Origin: Candidatus Limadaptatus stercoravium
GTDB taxonomy: Bacteria; Bacillota; Clostridia; Christensenellales; CAG-917
Reading direction: 5' to 3'
NCBI GenBank assembly: GCA_018710835.1
Contig: DVJC01000003.1
Coordinates: 1-43,157 of the forward strand
Length of the DNA stretch: 43,157 nt
Positions 23,619 to 31,764 of this stretch are shown here, piece after piece. The translations under genes were made by a program, and so were the position numbers. Each line of letters begins with the position of its first letter. The stretch's first letter is position 1. Below the pieces are notes generated by a model. The model had not been told where the DNA came from, ran no database searches, and was given only the letters and a program-made list of their open reading frames with translations.

Positions 23619-24407
23619 TTACTTTCTCCGCGCGGACAACGCGGCTTTTACCGCCATGAGATTTTCCTTGACGTCATGCACGCGCACGAACAGCACTCCC
23701 ATGCGCGCCGCTTTCGCGCTGCATTCCATGGTTGCCGTGAGCCTCGTCTCAGGCTCGCCGCCGAGGAAGGATTTGCGCGAAGCCCCCAGCAGCAACGGAT
23801 AGCCCGCCGCGGAGAGCAGATCGTAGTGTTCCAGCAAGTATCTGTCCTCCTCCGCTCCGCGGTTGAACCCTATGCCGCCGTCCAGAAGGATGCGGTCGGA
23901 CGGCACTCCGGCGCGCACGGCTTTCGCCGCGGCGGCGGTCAGCCCCGTGAGTTTGTCCGTCATGAGGTCGGGCACGCGGCTCTCCCTGCGGTCGTGCATG
24001 ATGCAGAGCGAGGCGGAGTATTTCGCCGCCGTTTCCGCCATGCCGGGAAACCTCAGGCAGGAAACGTCGTTGATCATATCCGCGCCGGCGGCAAGCGCCG
24101 CCTCCGCCACTTCGGGGTAGAACGTATCCACGGACAGGGGGGCGTCGGTAGCCGCGCGCACGGCTTCGAGCGCGGGGATGAGCAGGCTCATCTCTTCGAG
24201 CGCGCTCACCCGTCTTGCTCCCGGACGCGTGGACTGCGCGCCTATGTCTATGATATCCGCGCCGTCCTCCACCATGCGCACAGCGCGCTCCGCCGCGTCT
24301 TCGCGCGAAGCGCGGCTTGCGGCATAAACCGAATCGGGGGTTATGTTTATGATGCCCATTATGTGCGTGCCGTCCGTGAACACGCGATCTTTCACTTCAA
24401 AGCTCAT
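23619..24407 (-). CDS. folP: Dihydropteroate synthase
   Basis: IMGIINITPDSVY, ADIIDIGAQSTRPG, SVDTFYPEVAEAAL, MINDVS. The ATG at 24407 forms an ATGA overlap with the folE stop. The 110-codon upstream extension in the track lies in another frame of folE and is Arg/Gly junk. Confidence 0.9.
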   Translation of the reverse strand: MSFEVKDRVFTDGTHIMGIINITPDSVYAASRASREDAAERAVRMVEDGADIIDIGAQSTRPGARRVSALEEMSLLIPALEAVRAATDAPLSVDTFYPEVAEAALAAGADMINDVSCLRFPGMAETAAKYSASLCIMHDRRESRVPDLMTDKLTGLTAAAAKAVRAGVPSDRILLDGGIGFNRGAEEDRYLLEHYDLLSAAGYPLLLGASRKSFLGGEPETRLTATMECSAKAARMGVLFVRVHDVKENLMAVKAALSARRK

Positions 24408-24961
24408 TTGCGCTCCCCCGTATATGACAGCAGCTGCGCCACAACGCCGTCGCTTATCTCTCCGCGCACCGCATAGGTGACGGTGGATGAGCCCGTCTTC
24501 TTCACTCCGCGCGCCGTCATGCAGGTGTGCTCCGCCTCCACGACCACGGCGACGCCCTTTGGTGCGAGATGACGGAATATCGCGTCCGCGATCTGCGCAT
24601 TCATTCGCTCCTGCAGCTGCAGCCGCCGCGCGTACACCTCGACCGTGCGCGCAAGTTTGCTCAGTCCCGCCACCTTGCCGTCGGGAACGTACGCGATGTG
24701 CACCCTGCCGAAAAACGGCATGAGGTGATGCTCGCACGTCGAAGAGAATGCGATGTCGCGCTCGATGACGAGCGCACTGCCGCTCTCGGCAAAGGTTTTA
24801 CCGAGATGCTCTTCCGCACTGTCGGCGTATCCGGCAGTCAGTTCCTCAAGCATGCGCGCGACTCTTTCCGGAGTTTCTCTCAACCCCTCGCGCGACGAGT
24901 CCTCGCCTATTGCGGCAAGCAGTTCTCTTACGGCGTTTTCCGCCCTTTTTCTGTCCACCAT
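24404..24961 (-). CDS. folE: GTP cyclohydrolase I
   Basis: SSTCEHHLMPFFGRVHIAYVP and HTCMTARGVKK motifs. Start placed at the ATG at 24961 (MVDRKRAENAV), just downstream of the folC stop. Confidence 0.9.
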   Translation of the reverse strand: MVDRKRAENAVRELLAAIGEDSSREGLRETPERVARMLEELTAGYADSAEEHLGKTFAESGSALVIERDIAFSSTCEHHLMPFFGRVHIAYVPDGKVAGLSKLARTVEVYARRLQLQERMNAQIADAIFRHLAPKGVAVVVEAEHTCMTARGVKKTGSSTVTYAVRGEISDGVVAQLLSYTGERK

Positions 24962-25004
24962 ATCACACCTCGCGGGCAACGCCCGCCCTTTTCTCCGTTG
25001 TCTG

Positions 25005-26321
25005 TCAGCGCCGCGCAAGCTCGCGGAACAGCGTCAGCGAGCCAAACACGACCGCCGCTTCCGCGTCGGAACAAAGCGCGCGCTCAACCCCTTCACGCAC
25101 ATCTGCGCATACACTTACGGGCAGGTCCGAAAACTCCTCTATACACTCTTTCAACCGCTCCGCGGAAAGGGCGCGCGGAGAATCGGGCGTCACGGCGTAC
25201 ACCCCGCCGACAAGCGGCACTACATTGCGCATGACGGCGGCGTAATCCTTGTCCGCAAGCACTCCCGTGACCGCGGCGACGCGCTTTCCGGACAGATACT
25301 CCTTCATCGCGTCAGCGAGTGCCGCCGCTCCCTGCGGATTGTGCGCACCGTCCAGAACAAGCACTTTACCGTGCGGAATGTACACGTCATACGGCGATTT
25401 TGCCGCGTTATCCTCTGTAAGCACCTCGAATCGCGCATGCCAGACAGCATCCGAAAGTCCTTTTTTTAACGCGCTTTCGGAGATGTCCATACCCTGCCCG
25501 TTAAGCTCGCGCACCGCCTCGATGACGAGCGCGGCGTTGGTCAGCTGATGCCTGCCGAGAAGCCTTATGCCGTACTCCTCGCCGCCGTATGCGAAACGCT
25601 GCCCGTCAAGTCCTCCCGAAATGTACCGCGGTTCTCCGCACACGCGGCAGAGCGGATAAAGCACCTCCGCCGCTCCCTTCTCCTGCGGACACGTCACCGC
25701 CGCGCCTTTGATTATCGCCGCCTTTTCCGCAGCGATCTCTCTGAGCGTACCTCCGAGCAACGCACAGTGGTCCAACCCTATTTTGGTAATGACGGAGAGT
25801 GCCTTGGATTCGACAGCGTTGGTCGCGTCCCATCTGCCGCCGAGTCCCGTTTCCAGCACGCACACGTCGCAGCCTTCCTGTCTGAACGCGTACAGCGCGA
25901 GCGCGGTCTCCTGCTCGAATGCGGTGGGACGGAACTCCTTCATCGCGCGGCGCACGCCGTCCGGCTCGTCCGCGCCTTCCCCGCGCGCCCGTCTTTCGCG
26001 TTCGACTGCGTCGCGCACTACGGTCATATAGCGCGCGACTTTCCCGTCCGGGAGCTGTACGCCGTCTATGCAGAACCGCTCGTTGTAGCGGAGCACGGAC
26101 GGCGAATTGTAGGTGCCCGTCCTGTACCCTGCCGCCCTCAGCACGGAAGTGAGCATGGCGCACACCGATCCTTTGCCGTTGGTGCCGGCGACGTGCACTA
26201 TCCTCATGCCGCAGTCGGGCGAGCCGAGGGCGTCGAGCAGCTCCCGCTCGCGCTCCAGCCCGTAATCCGAGCCGTCGGCCTCTATCCTGCGGATATAGTC
26301 TATCGCTTCGTCGTAAAACAA
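25005..26321 (-). CDS. folC: Bifunctional folylpolyglutamate synthase / dihydrofolate synthase
   Basis: P-loop HVAGTNGKGSV. Start assigned to the TTG at 26321 (M/L-FYDEAIDYI), which sits 6 nt after a GGAGG. The track start (GTG at 26378) lies inside the predicted riboswitch aptamer. Confidence 0.85.
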   Translation of the reverse strand: MFYDEAIDYIRRIEADGSDYGLERERELLDALGSPDCGMRIVHVAGTNGKGSVCAMLTSVLRAAGYRTGTYNSPSVLRYNERFCIDGVQLPDGKVARYMTVVRDAVERERRARGEGADEPDGVRRAMKEFRPTAFEQETALALYAFRQEGCDVCVLETGLGGRWDATNAVESKALSVITKIGLDHCALLGGTLREIAAEKAAIIKGAAVTCPQEKGAAEVLYPLCRVCGEPRYISGGLDGQRFAYGGEEYGIRLLGRHQLTNAALVIEAVRELNGQGMDISESALKKGLSDAVWHARFEVLTEDNAAKSPYDVYIPHGKVLVLDGAHNPQGAAALADAMKEYLSGKRVAAVTGVLADKDYAAVMRNVVPLVGGVYAVTPDSPRALSAERLKECIEEFSDLPVSVCADVREGVERALCSDAEAAVVFGSLTLFRELARR

Positions 26322-26356
26322 AAAGCACCTCCTCAGAAGCACTTCTTCTCGCAAGT

Positions 26357-26454
26357 GAAGCGGGAGTGGATCATGCACCGCAAGCCGTCAGGCTTTTCGT
26401 CCGCGAGCACCCCCCGTCTCAACGGCACTTGACGCGCAAGATCCTACTACTTCC
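26357..26454 (-). promoter_or_regulatory. THF-I (tetrahydrofolate) riboswitch aptamer in the folC leader
   Basis: Minus-strand RNA: GGAAGUAGUAGGAUCUUGCGCGUCAAGUGCCGUUGAGACGGGGGGUGCUCGCGGACGAAAAGCCUGACGGCUUGCGGUGCAUGAUCCACUCCCGCUUC. It carries the THF hallmarks as I recall them: AGUAG, GCGU..AGUG, G-rich loop, ACGAA, GCGGUG, C..CCGCU. GGAUC/GAUCC could form P2. GGGGUG/CACUCC could form the loop-to-3'-junction pseudoknot (GGGAUG/CAUCC in the crystallised aptamer). Confidence 0.65.
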
Positions 26455-26479
26455 AAGTAATATGGGGTAAATCGTCATG

Positions 26480-26508
26480 ATTATACCACCTGCGCGGCGC
26501 GGCGGCAA
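26480..26508 (-). promoter_or_regulatory. fol operon promoter
   Basis: Minus strand TTGCCG-17 nt-TATAAT with a TG extended -10 (TGGTATAAT). The -10 ends about 25 nt upstream of the aptamer. Confidence 0.6.
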
Positions 26509-26554
26509 GGAAAAAGCCCATAGTGTCGGAGCGAAATATAAAACGGACGGAATG

Positions 26555-26581
26555 CAAAACCGTCCGCACGCGGCGGACGGT
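26555..26581 (-). terminator. Intrinsic terminator of the two-membrane-protein operon
   Basis: Minus strand ACCGUCCGC-CGCGU-GCGGACGGU followed by UUUGCAUU. An additional GC hairpin CCGCCCG-CGGA-CGGGCGG sits at 26604-26621. Confidence 0.5.
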
Positions 26582-26628
26582 CTGAAAAAGCGTCTGCAAC
26601 GGACCGCCCGCGGACGGGCGGTACGCCT

Positions 26629-27540
26629 CTATTCGTCTTTTGAGGTCTTGTGCTCCTCGATTGCGGTGCCGATGAGCTCCGCCGCCTCTTCCGCGGCTTC
26701 CTCGGCTATCTCGTCCGACGTTTCGTCCTCAATCGCGGGGGTGGGATTCTCGTCCGCTTTCTGCGCCGCTTCTATCGCCACGATCTTTTCGTATGACATA
26801 CCGGCGGCAATCGCCTCGAGGCGCTGACGCTCCTCTTTTTCGCGGAGCTTCCTCTTCTCGCGCAGCATCTGGAACACCGCGAAGACCAGGCATATGCCGA
26901 TGCCGACGAAGAGATACGCCGAGCCGGGATCCATGCCCACTATGCCGAGCACGACGGACAGGATGATGATGATAATGATCGGTCCGATCGCGAGTTTCGG
27001 ATTCTTGACGATATACTTGCCGCCCAGCGAACCGAACAGCGCGTACACCACGCACCCGAACGCGGGAGTAAGATACTCCGCGTCGTCTATCATCTGCGTG
27101 AGATCGGGGATGACCGCAAGGCACAGCACGATGACGCCGATGATGAGTATCGTGACCAGCGAACTCGTCGCAACGGCGATGGTGGCGACGATCTCGTCCT
27201 CCTCGGTGCCGCGCTTTGTGCCCGCGATCTCCTGCGCCTTGACGACGCACGGGATCTTGAGGTTGGAGAGGTTGCCGGTGAGGAAGGAGAGATACATTCC
27301 GTTCACGCCCACCATTGGGGAATAGATGACCGGTTCCGCCACGCCGGAGAGCGCCATGATGATCATGGGCGAGATGACCGCGGCGGAGCCGAACACTTCC
27401 CATTCCGGTTCAACGCCGTAGTATAAAGCGAGCCAGAGCGGTATCGTGCATATGAGCACCATGCCGGCGGCGAGCCAAAGCCTGCCTATAAGATGCATGC
27501 GCGCGTTGGAGTCCGCAAGGGTTTTCATTTTCGTCTTCAC
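26629..27540 (-). CDS. Uncharacterised polytopic membrane protein (303 aa) with charged coiled/acidic C-terminal tail
   Basis: About 7 hydrophobic helices, then the tail REKRKLREKEERQRLEAIAAG...DETSDEIAEEAAEEAAEL. Start set at the GTG at 27540, which is 6 nt after a GGAGG that immediately follows the upstream gene's stop. Confidence 0.75.
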   Translation of the reverse strand: MKTKMKTLADSNARMHLIGRLWLAAGMVLICTIPLWLALYYGVEPEWEVFGSAAVISPMIIMALSGVAEPVIYSPMVGVNGMYLSFLTGNLSNLKIPCVVKAQEIAGTKRGTEEDEIVATIAVATSSLVTILIIGVIVLCLAVIPDLTQMIDDAEYLTPAFGCVVYALFGSLGGKYIVKNPKLAIGPIIIIIILSVVLGIVGMDPGSAYLFVGIGICLVFAVFQMLREKRKLREKEERQRLEAIAAGMSYEKIVAIEAAQKADENPTPAIEDETSDEIAEEAAEEAAELIGTAIEEHKTSKDE

Positions 27541-27551
27541 GGCACACCTCC

Positions 27552-28406
27552 TCACATGAACGCCGACACGACGGCGGCCGCCGCGTCGGTGTCGGGGGCG
27601 AGCGGCCAGCTGTTCTCATACGAGAAGTAGCTGATCACCGCCACGACAGCCATCGCTATGAGCATGCTGAACGGAGTGGAGAAGCTGTCCAGCCACTTCC
27701 ACCCCGCCTTGTTGATGAGCAGGTCGAACACGTACATGCACACCGCCGCGATGACTATGGCAATAAAGTTGTAGTAGTTGTCCAGGTATCCCGCGCCCGA
27801 CGCGATGGTGGTGATGCTCATTGCGAGGTATCCGAGGATCATGCCGATGAACACCACCTGGAACGCGAGGTCGCCTATGTTGACGCCGCCGCCGGAGGTG
27901 GAGCTGGTCATGGACGAGAGCATCTGCACTTTGGGCTGGAACTTCTTGTAGAAGAATATGACCACCAGCGGTCCGGTGAGGATGGGGATGGTCATGACCG
28001 TCGCTATAGTGACGAAATCCTGCGCGGTGATGTTGAAATTGCTGCCGATGAACTCCTCCATCGATCCCGCTATCGCGCTCGCCGCGCCGTCCGCCATCAT
28101 CGTTTCGTACTGCAGCGAGCCGATGACGGAAAGGCGTATGGCAGGCAGGGCGATGCCTATCGATCCGATGAGCGTGACCACGCCTATGCCTATCCCGATC
28201 GCGGGCAGCACCGAAAACGCTACGGACGTGGTGACCACTTTCTTGATCTTGCCCATATCCATCTTCAGCGCTTTGGCGCGGCGGACGGAACGCACTATGT
28301 AGTAGAGCGACATAGCGACGACAAAGACCACCACCGCGCCGTACAGCCCGTAGATGAGCGGACTGTCGGGGTTGAAATTTCCAAAAGCCGATAAGATCGA
28401 AATCAT
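27552..28406 (-). CDS. Uncharacterised polytopic membrane protein (284 aa)
   Basis: About 6 hydrophobic helices, with a conserved-looking segment ALPAIRLSVIGSLQYETMMADGAA. GGGAGAG SD before the ATG at 28406. I cannot assign a family from memory. Confidence 0.8.
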   Translation of the reverse strand: MISILSAFGNFNPDSPLIYGLYGAVVVFVVAMSLYYIVRSVRRAKALKMDMGKIKKVVTTSVAFSVLPAIGIGIGVVTLIGSIGIALPAIRLSVIGSLQYETMMADGAASAIAGSMEEFIGSNFNITAQDFVTIATVMTIPILTGPLVVIFFYKKFQPKVQMLSSMTSSTSGGGVNIGDLAFQVVFIGMILGYLAMSITTIASGAGYLDNYYNFIAIVIAAVCMYVFDLLINKAGWKWLDSFSTPFSMLIAMAVVAVISYFSYENSWPLAPDTDAAAAVVSAFM

Positions 28407-28551
28407 TTTTCTCTCCCGGTGACGCGCCGAAACCGGCGCTTTTTAGTCGGAAAACGCAGCGCTGCGCACCCGTCCTGCCGAAACAACCGCACCGCACCGC
28501 GAAACAGGATCACGTTGCCGCAGGGAAAAACGGCATTGCTGTCATAAAACA

Positions 28552-28580
28552 ATGATAAACCAACTCAACGGATTTTTCAA
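28552..28580 (-). promoter_or_regulatory. Promoter of the two-membrane-protein operon
   Basis: Minus strand TTGAAA-17 nt-TATCAT. Predicts a leader of about 140 nt. Confidence 0.55.
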
Positions 28581-28605
28581 GACGGATTTTAATCTCGTTT
28601 TAATA

Positions 28606-31600
28606 TTAAGAGGACGCGCCCGTCCATCTTTCGGCAGGACGGATGAATGAGAACGCTTCGCCGCTCGAAAGGAGAGCGGACTGCGCGGCTCTGTTCATCT
28701 CTCCGTCCGCACCGTACATGAAGAAGCGGAAGTCCTGCGTGCCTGCGGCGAGCGGAAGCATTGTGCCCTGCAGATACAGCGCGCTGTCCAGCGAGTTTTC
28801 CTCCCCCTCCGCCAGCACGGAGAGATTGACGGAATATTCGCCCAGCGCCGCGCCCGTAAACTCTGTGAGGTCGAGCATGCTGTAATTCTTGCCGCCGCCG
28901 TAGAAGGCTATGCCGCCGTGGACGTAGTCGCCTGTCCCGTCCGAGTCTATCATATCGGCGTACGCGTCGCCGCCGTAAGCGCGCACTTTGGAGAGCATCG
29001 CCCCGACGTCGAGGGAGAGGAAGGAAAGCCCCGCTTCCGCCGCGCCGCCCGACAGCTCGATGAGCGTCGAACTGTCCACGTCCTCAACGCTCTTCCAGTC
29101 GTACATCCTGACGTCGCCGACGAGTTTCAGCACCGCGGCGTAGCTCGTGCCGCCGAGATCTCTCCACCCTGCCGGCGCAAGCATCCCTCCGTCCAGCATC
29201 GGTCCCGCGAACGCGCTCTCCACGCCTATGCAGAACAGCCCGGAATTGTACAGCGCGCTGTCTTTGATCGTGAGTTCGGTCAGCACGAAAGTTTCGCGGA
29301 AAGTTTCGTCCGCGACAAGGGAGTCGTCGCGCGGCATGTAAGTCACTCCGTCCGCCGCGAGAGAAGGCTCCATCGCCTCCACATCGTACGACAGCCCCTG
29401 CCGCACGTATTGTCCGGGCACCTTGCGGTTGGTGCCCGTCTTGACGAGAAATTCGCGCGCATTGGAGATTATGCAGCTCTCGACGCTCACGTCTATGCGC
29501 TCCGCCGCCGCGTCCACGGGGTTATCCTCCGTCACGGCGGTATCGACGCCGTACCTGCCGAACACGCGCACGCACGTCCTGCCGTTCATGATGCGGCTGT
29601 TGATGACGCGGCAGTCGGACATGATCTCAAGCACCGTGCCGGTCGTATCCAGATAATTCAGCATCATTTCGCCGTCGCGGTAAAGGCTCCCGCTGCTGCA
29701 GCCGCGCAGAACGACGTTGTCGATGGTCACGCCGTCACTGCGCACGAGGAACACGATGTTGTCCTGCGCCTTCACCGCCGCGACGCCCGGCATTGCGGCG
29801 AAATCGAGCGGACCGTCGAATACCGCCGCCGACGAACTCACCGCCGGCGTGACCTGAGTGATGTAGTCCGCGTCTATCGCCATGCCGTTGCCGTAGACGT
29901 CGCTCTTGAACTCTATGGCGTAATTCACGGTGGGATGCTCCTCTCCGCGGTTGGCGTAATAGGTCCAGTCGGCAGTGGTTTCGATCTGTTTGACGAACCG
30001 CGACGGATCCGCCCCCGGCTTCAGGGTGCCGTCCTCGGCGAGCATGTTCTCGCCCAGCATGACGTCGGCTTGCAGCACCACGGGTCTGCCATCTTCCGTC
30101 GCCGCGGCAAGTCCCTCGTAGTCGTACACGTTCACGCCGTCGGCAACCGCGTCCAGCGTGAGCGAAGCGGAGATCCCGTCGCGGAAAAGCTCCGTGTACT
30201 TCCACTCCGCAGTGACCGTCACCCTGCCGGTGCCTTTTGCCGTGAAATACACTCCGCCGTCCTCCGCCGCGACTTCCGCAAGAGAAGGATCGGACACGGT
30301 GAACACGATGTCGTCAGAAACGCTCCTTATAATATCCGTACCGTACGCGCGCCCGAATCCGAGAGCGGTCGCGCACGCGGTGAACGCGCCGTCCGCATAC
30401 CCGACGCCGCCGACAGCGTACACACCGCCTATCCCCCATGTCGAAGCGTTCTCCGTGAACACGAAGTGGGTGTACCCTTCGACTACAAGCACGGTGCGCA
30501 CGTCCGCGAGTTCCTCTCTGCCGCCGTATGTGACGAAGAGCGAAAGCACCGCCTCTCCGGGCGCGAGTCCGCGCAGGGTGCACGTCCCGTTGTCCGCGTC
30601 CTGCGACGCGATCTCAGCCGCGCCGCCTTCCAGTTCGAAGCGGTAACCGACGTCGCCGCCGTACAGTCCGGACACCGCGGCGTAAGTGAGCAGCGACTCC
30701 GTCTTCTGCACGAACACGTCCGCGTCCCCGTCCTCGAATCTGCCGTAGATCTCCGCGTGCTCTTCCGCAAAAACGAACGTGACGCGCCTGATCTCTCCGC
30801 CCGACGAGAGCGTGAGCGCCGTGCTGCCGCCCGCCGCCGTGACGTCCTCCGAAAACACGACGCTTACGGCATACTGTCCCCTTTCCTCCGAAAGCACGTC
30901 CGCGGAGGCGGATTCTATCCCGTCCGGAAGCGGGGCGGAAATGTCCACCGCAGACCCGCTTTCCGCATATATGACGGCGCGATCCGTGCCTGCCGCAAGG
31001 CGCACCGCCACTTCCTCGTCAGCGCTGCCCTCCGCCGTGAATCCGCCGCCGGTCACGGTGACCAGCACACGCACGGTCCCGCAGCCGTCCGCGGCAGGCG
31101 ACATATTCACCGTCAGCATATATCTGCCGGACAGTTTCGCCTCCGCGCGGCCGGAAACCGCATGCACCGTAAAGCCGCCCTCCGTCCCGTATTCTCCGTA
31201 CGGCGAAGCGGAATACCCTGCGTCGACCGTTACGGACGCGGGCTGCGCATACGTTTCGAAAACGTAGGATCCGAGCGGCAGAGTCAGCTCGTAATCCGCA
31301 TCCTCCGCGGACGACTCCTCCGCCGCGTACTCCGTGCCGTCGGCGCCGACGGCGTATACGTCCGCGCCGAGGGCTTTGGTGCTGATCACGTTGACGATGA
31401 CGCTCGCGCGGTAACCGCCGTCGTGCGTGACTGCGGTGACGCGCACCATTCCGGTGCCCTCAGGCACCACGAGCCCGTCATCTTTCACCGCGACGTCCCC
31501 CTGCGGACTCCCGTCCACGGAGGAGAGCTCCAGATCGTATCCTCTGTCCGCCGCGCCGAGAGGCAGCACTTCCACCCGGAGATACTCGTCGTATTCGTAC

Positions 31601-31764
31601 TCCGCAAGATCTATCGTCAGCACTCCGTCCTCCGCTCCGGAGAGGAGGCGCACTCCGGACACGGGTATTGCCACGGACACAGACGCCGTCCCAAGGAAAG
31701 CGAGCAGCGTGAACAGGATGATGAGAGGTATGACCGCCATGAGCGCGATGAGTTTGTTCTTCAT
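28606..31764 (-). CDS. Large membrane-anchored extracytoplasmic protein (1052 aa): N-terminal TM anchor, Big_2-like Ig modules, C-terminal right-handed beta-helix-like region
   Basis: Start at the ATG at 31764 (MKNKLIALMAVIPLIILFTLLAFLG), forming an ATGA overlap with the permease stop. Ig-like segments GTGMVRVTAVTHDGGYRASVIVNV and TAKGTGRVTVTAEW. Beta-helix rung-like repeats TIDNVVLRGCSSG, CRVINSRIMNGRTCVRVFG, VESCIISNAREFLVKTG. Confidence 0.85.
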   Translation of the reverse strand: MKNKLIALMAVIPLIILFTLLAFLGTASVSVAIPVSGVRLLSGAEDGVLTIDLAEYEYDEYLRVEVLPLGAADRGYDLELSSVDGSPQGDVAVKDDGLVVPEGTGMVRVTAVTHDGGYRASVIVNVISTKALGADVYAVGADGTEYAAEESSAEDADYELTLPLGSYVFETYAQPASVTVDAGYSASPYGEYGTEGGFTVHAVSGRAEAKLSGRYMLTVNMSPAADGCGTVRVLVTVTGGGFTAEGSADEEVAVRLAAGTDRAVIYAESGSAVDISAPLPDGIESASADVLSEERGQYAVSVVFSEDVTAAGGSTALTLSSGGEIRRVTFVFAEEHAEIYGRFEDGDADVFVQKTESLLTYAAVSGLYGGDVGYRFELEGGAAEIASQDADNGTCTLRGLAPGEAVLSLFVTYGGREELADVRTVLVVEGYTHFVFTENASTWGIGGVYAVGGVGYADGAFTACATALGFGRAYGTDIIRSVSDDIVFTVSDPSLAEVAAEDGGVYFTAKGTGRVTVTAEWKYTELFRDGISASLTLDAVADGVNVYDYEGLAAATEDGRPVVLQADVMLGENMLAEDGTLKPGADPSRFVKQIETTADWTYYANRGEEHPTVNYAIEFKSDVYGNGMAIDADYITQVTPAVSSSAAVFDGPLDFAAMPGVAAVKAQDNIVFLVRSDGVTIDNVVLRGCSSGSLYRDGEMMLNYLDTTGTVLEIMSDCRVINSRIMNGRTCVRVFGRYGVDTAVTEDNPVDAAAERIDVSVESCIISNAREFLVKTGTNRKVPGQYVRQGLSYDVEAMEPSLAADGVTYMPRDDSLVADETFRETFVLTELTIKDSALYNSGLFCIGVESAFAGPMLDGGMLAPAGWRDLGGTSYAAVLKLVGDVRMYDWKSVEDVDSSTLIELSGGAAEAGLSFLSLDVGAMLSKVRAYGGDAYADMIDSDGTGDYVHGGIAFYGGGKNYSMLDLTEFTGAALGEYSVNLSVLAEGEENSLDSALYLQGTMLPLAAGTQDFRFFMYGADGEMNRAAQSALLSSGEAFSFIRPAERWTGASS

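Noticed and set aside
22830-24476. 548-aa plus-strand ORF antisense to folBK/folP
   Set aside because: Antisense artefact. The minus-strand genes carry diagnostic HPPK and DHPS motifs.
23619-24737. Long N-terminal extensions suggested by the ORF track (folP to 24737, folE to 25018, dnaX to 12366, permease to 33548, ABC ATPase to 34336, beta-helix protein to 31818, dapF to 41589, SufBD to 37838, groES to 14445)
   Set aside because: The extensions are Arg/Gly-rich or overlap the upstream gene in another frame. Internal starts with an SD and/or ATGA/GTGA overlap reproduce the conserved N-termini of the families.
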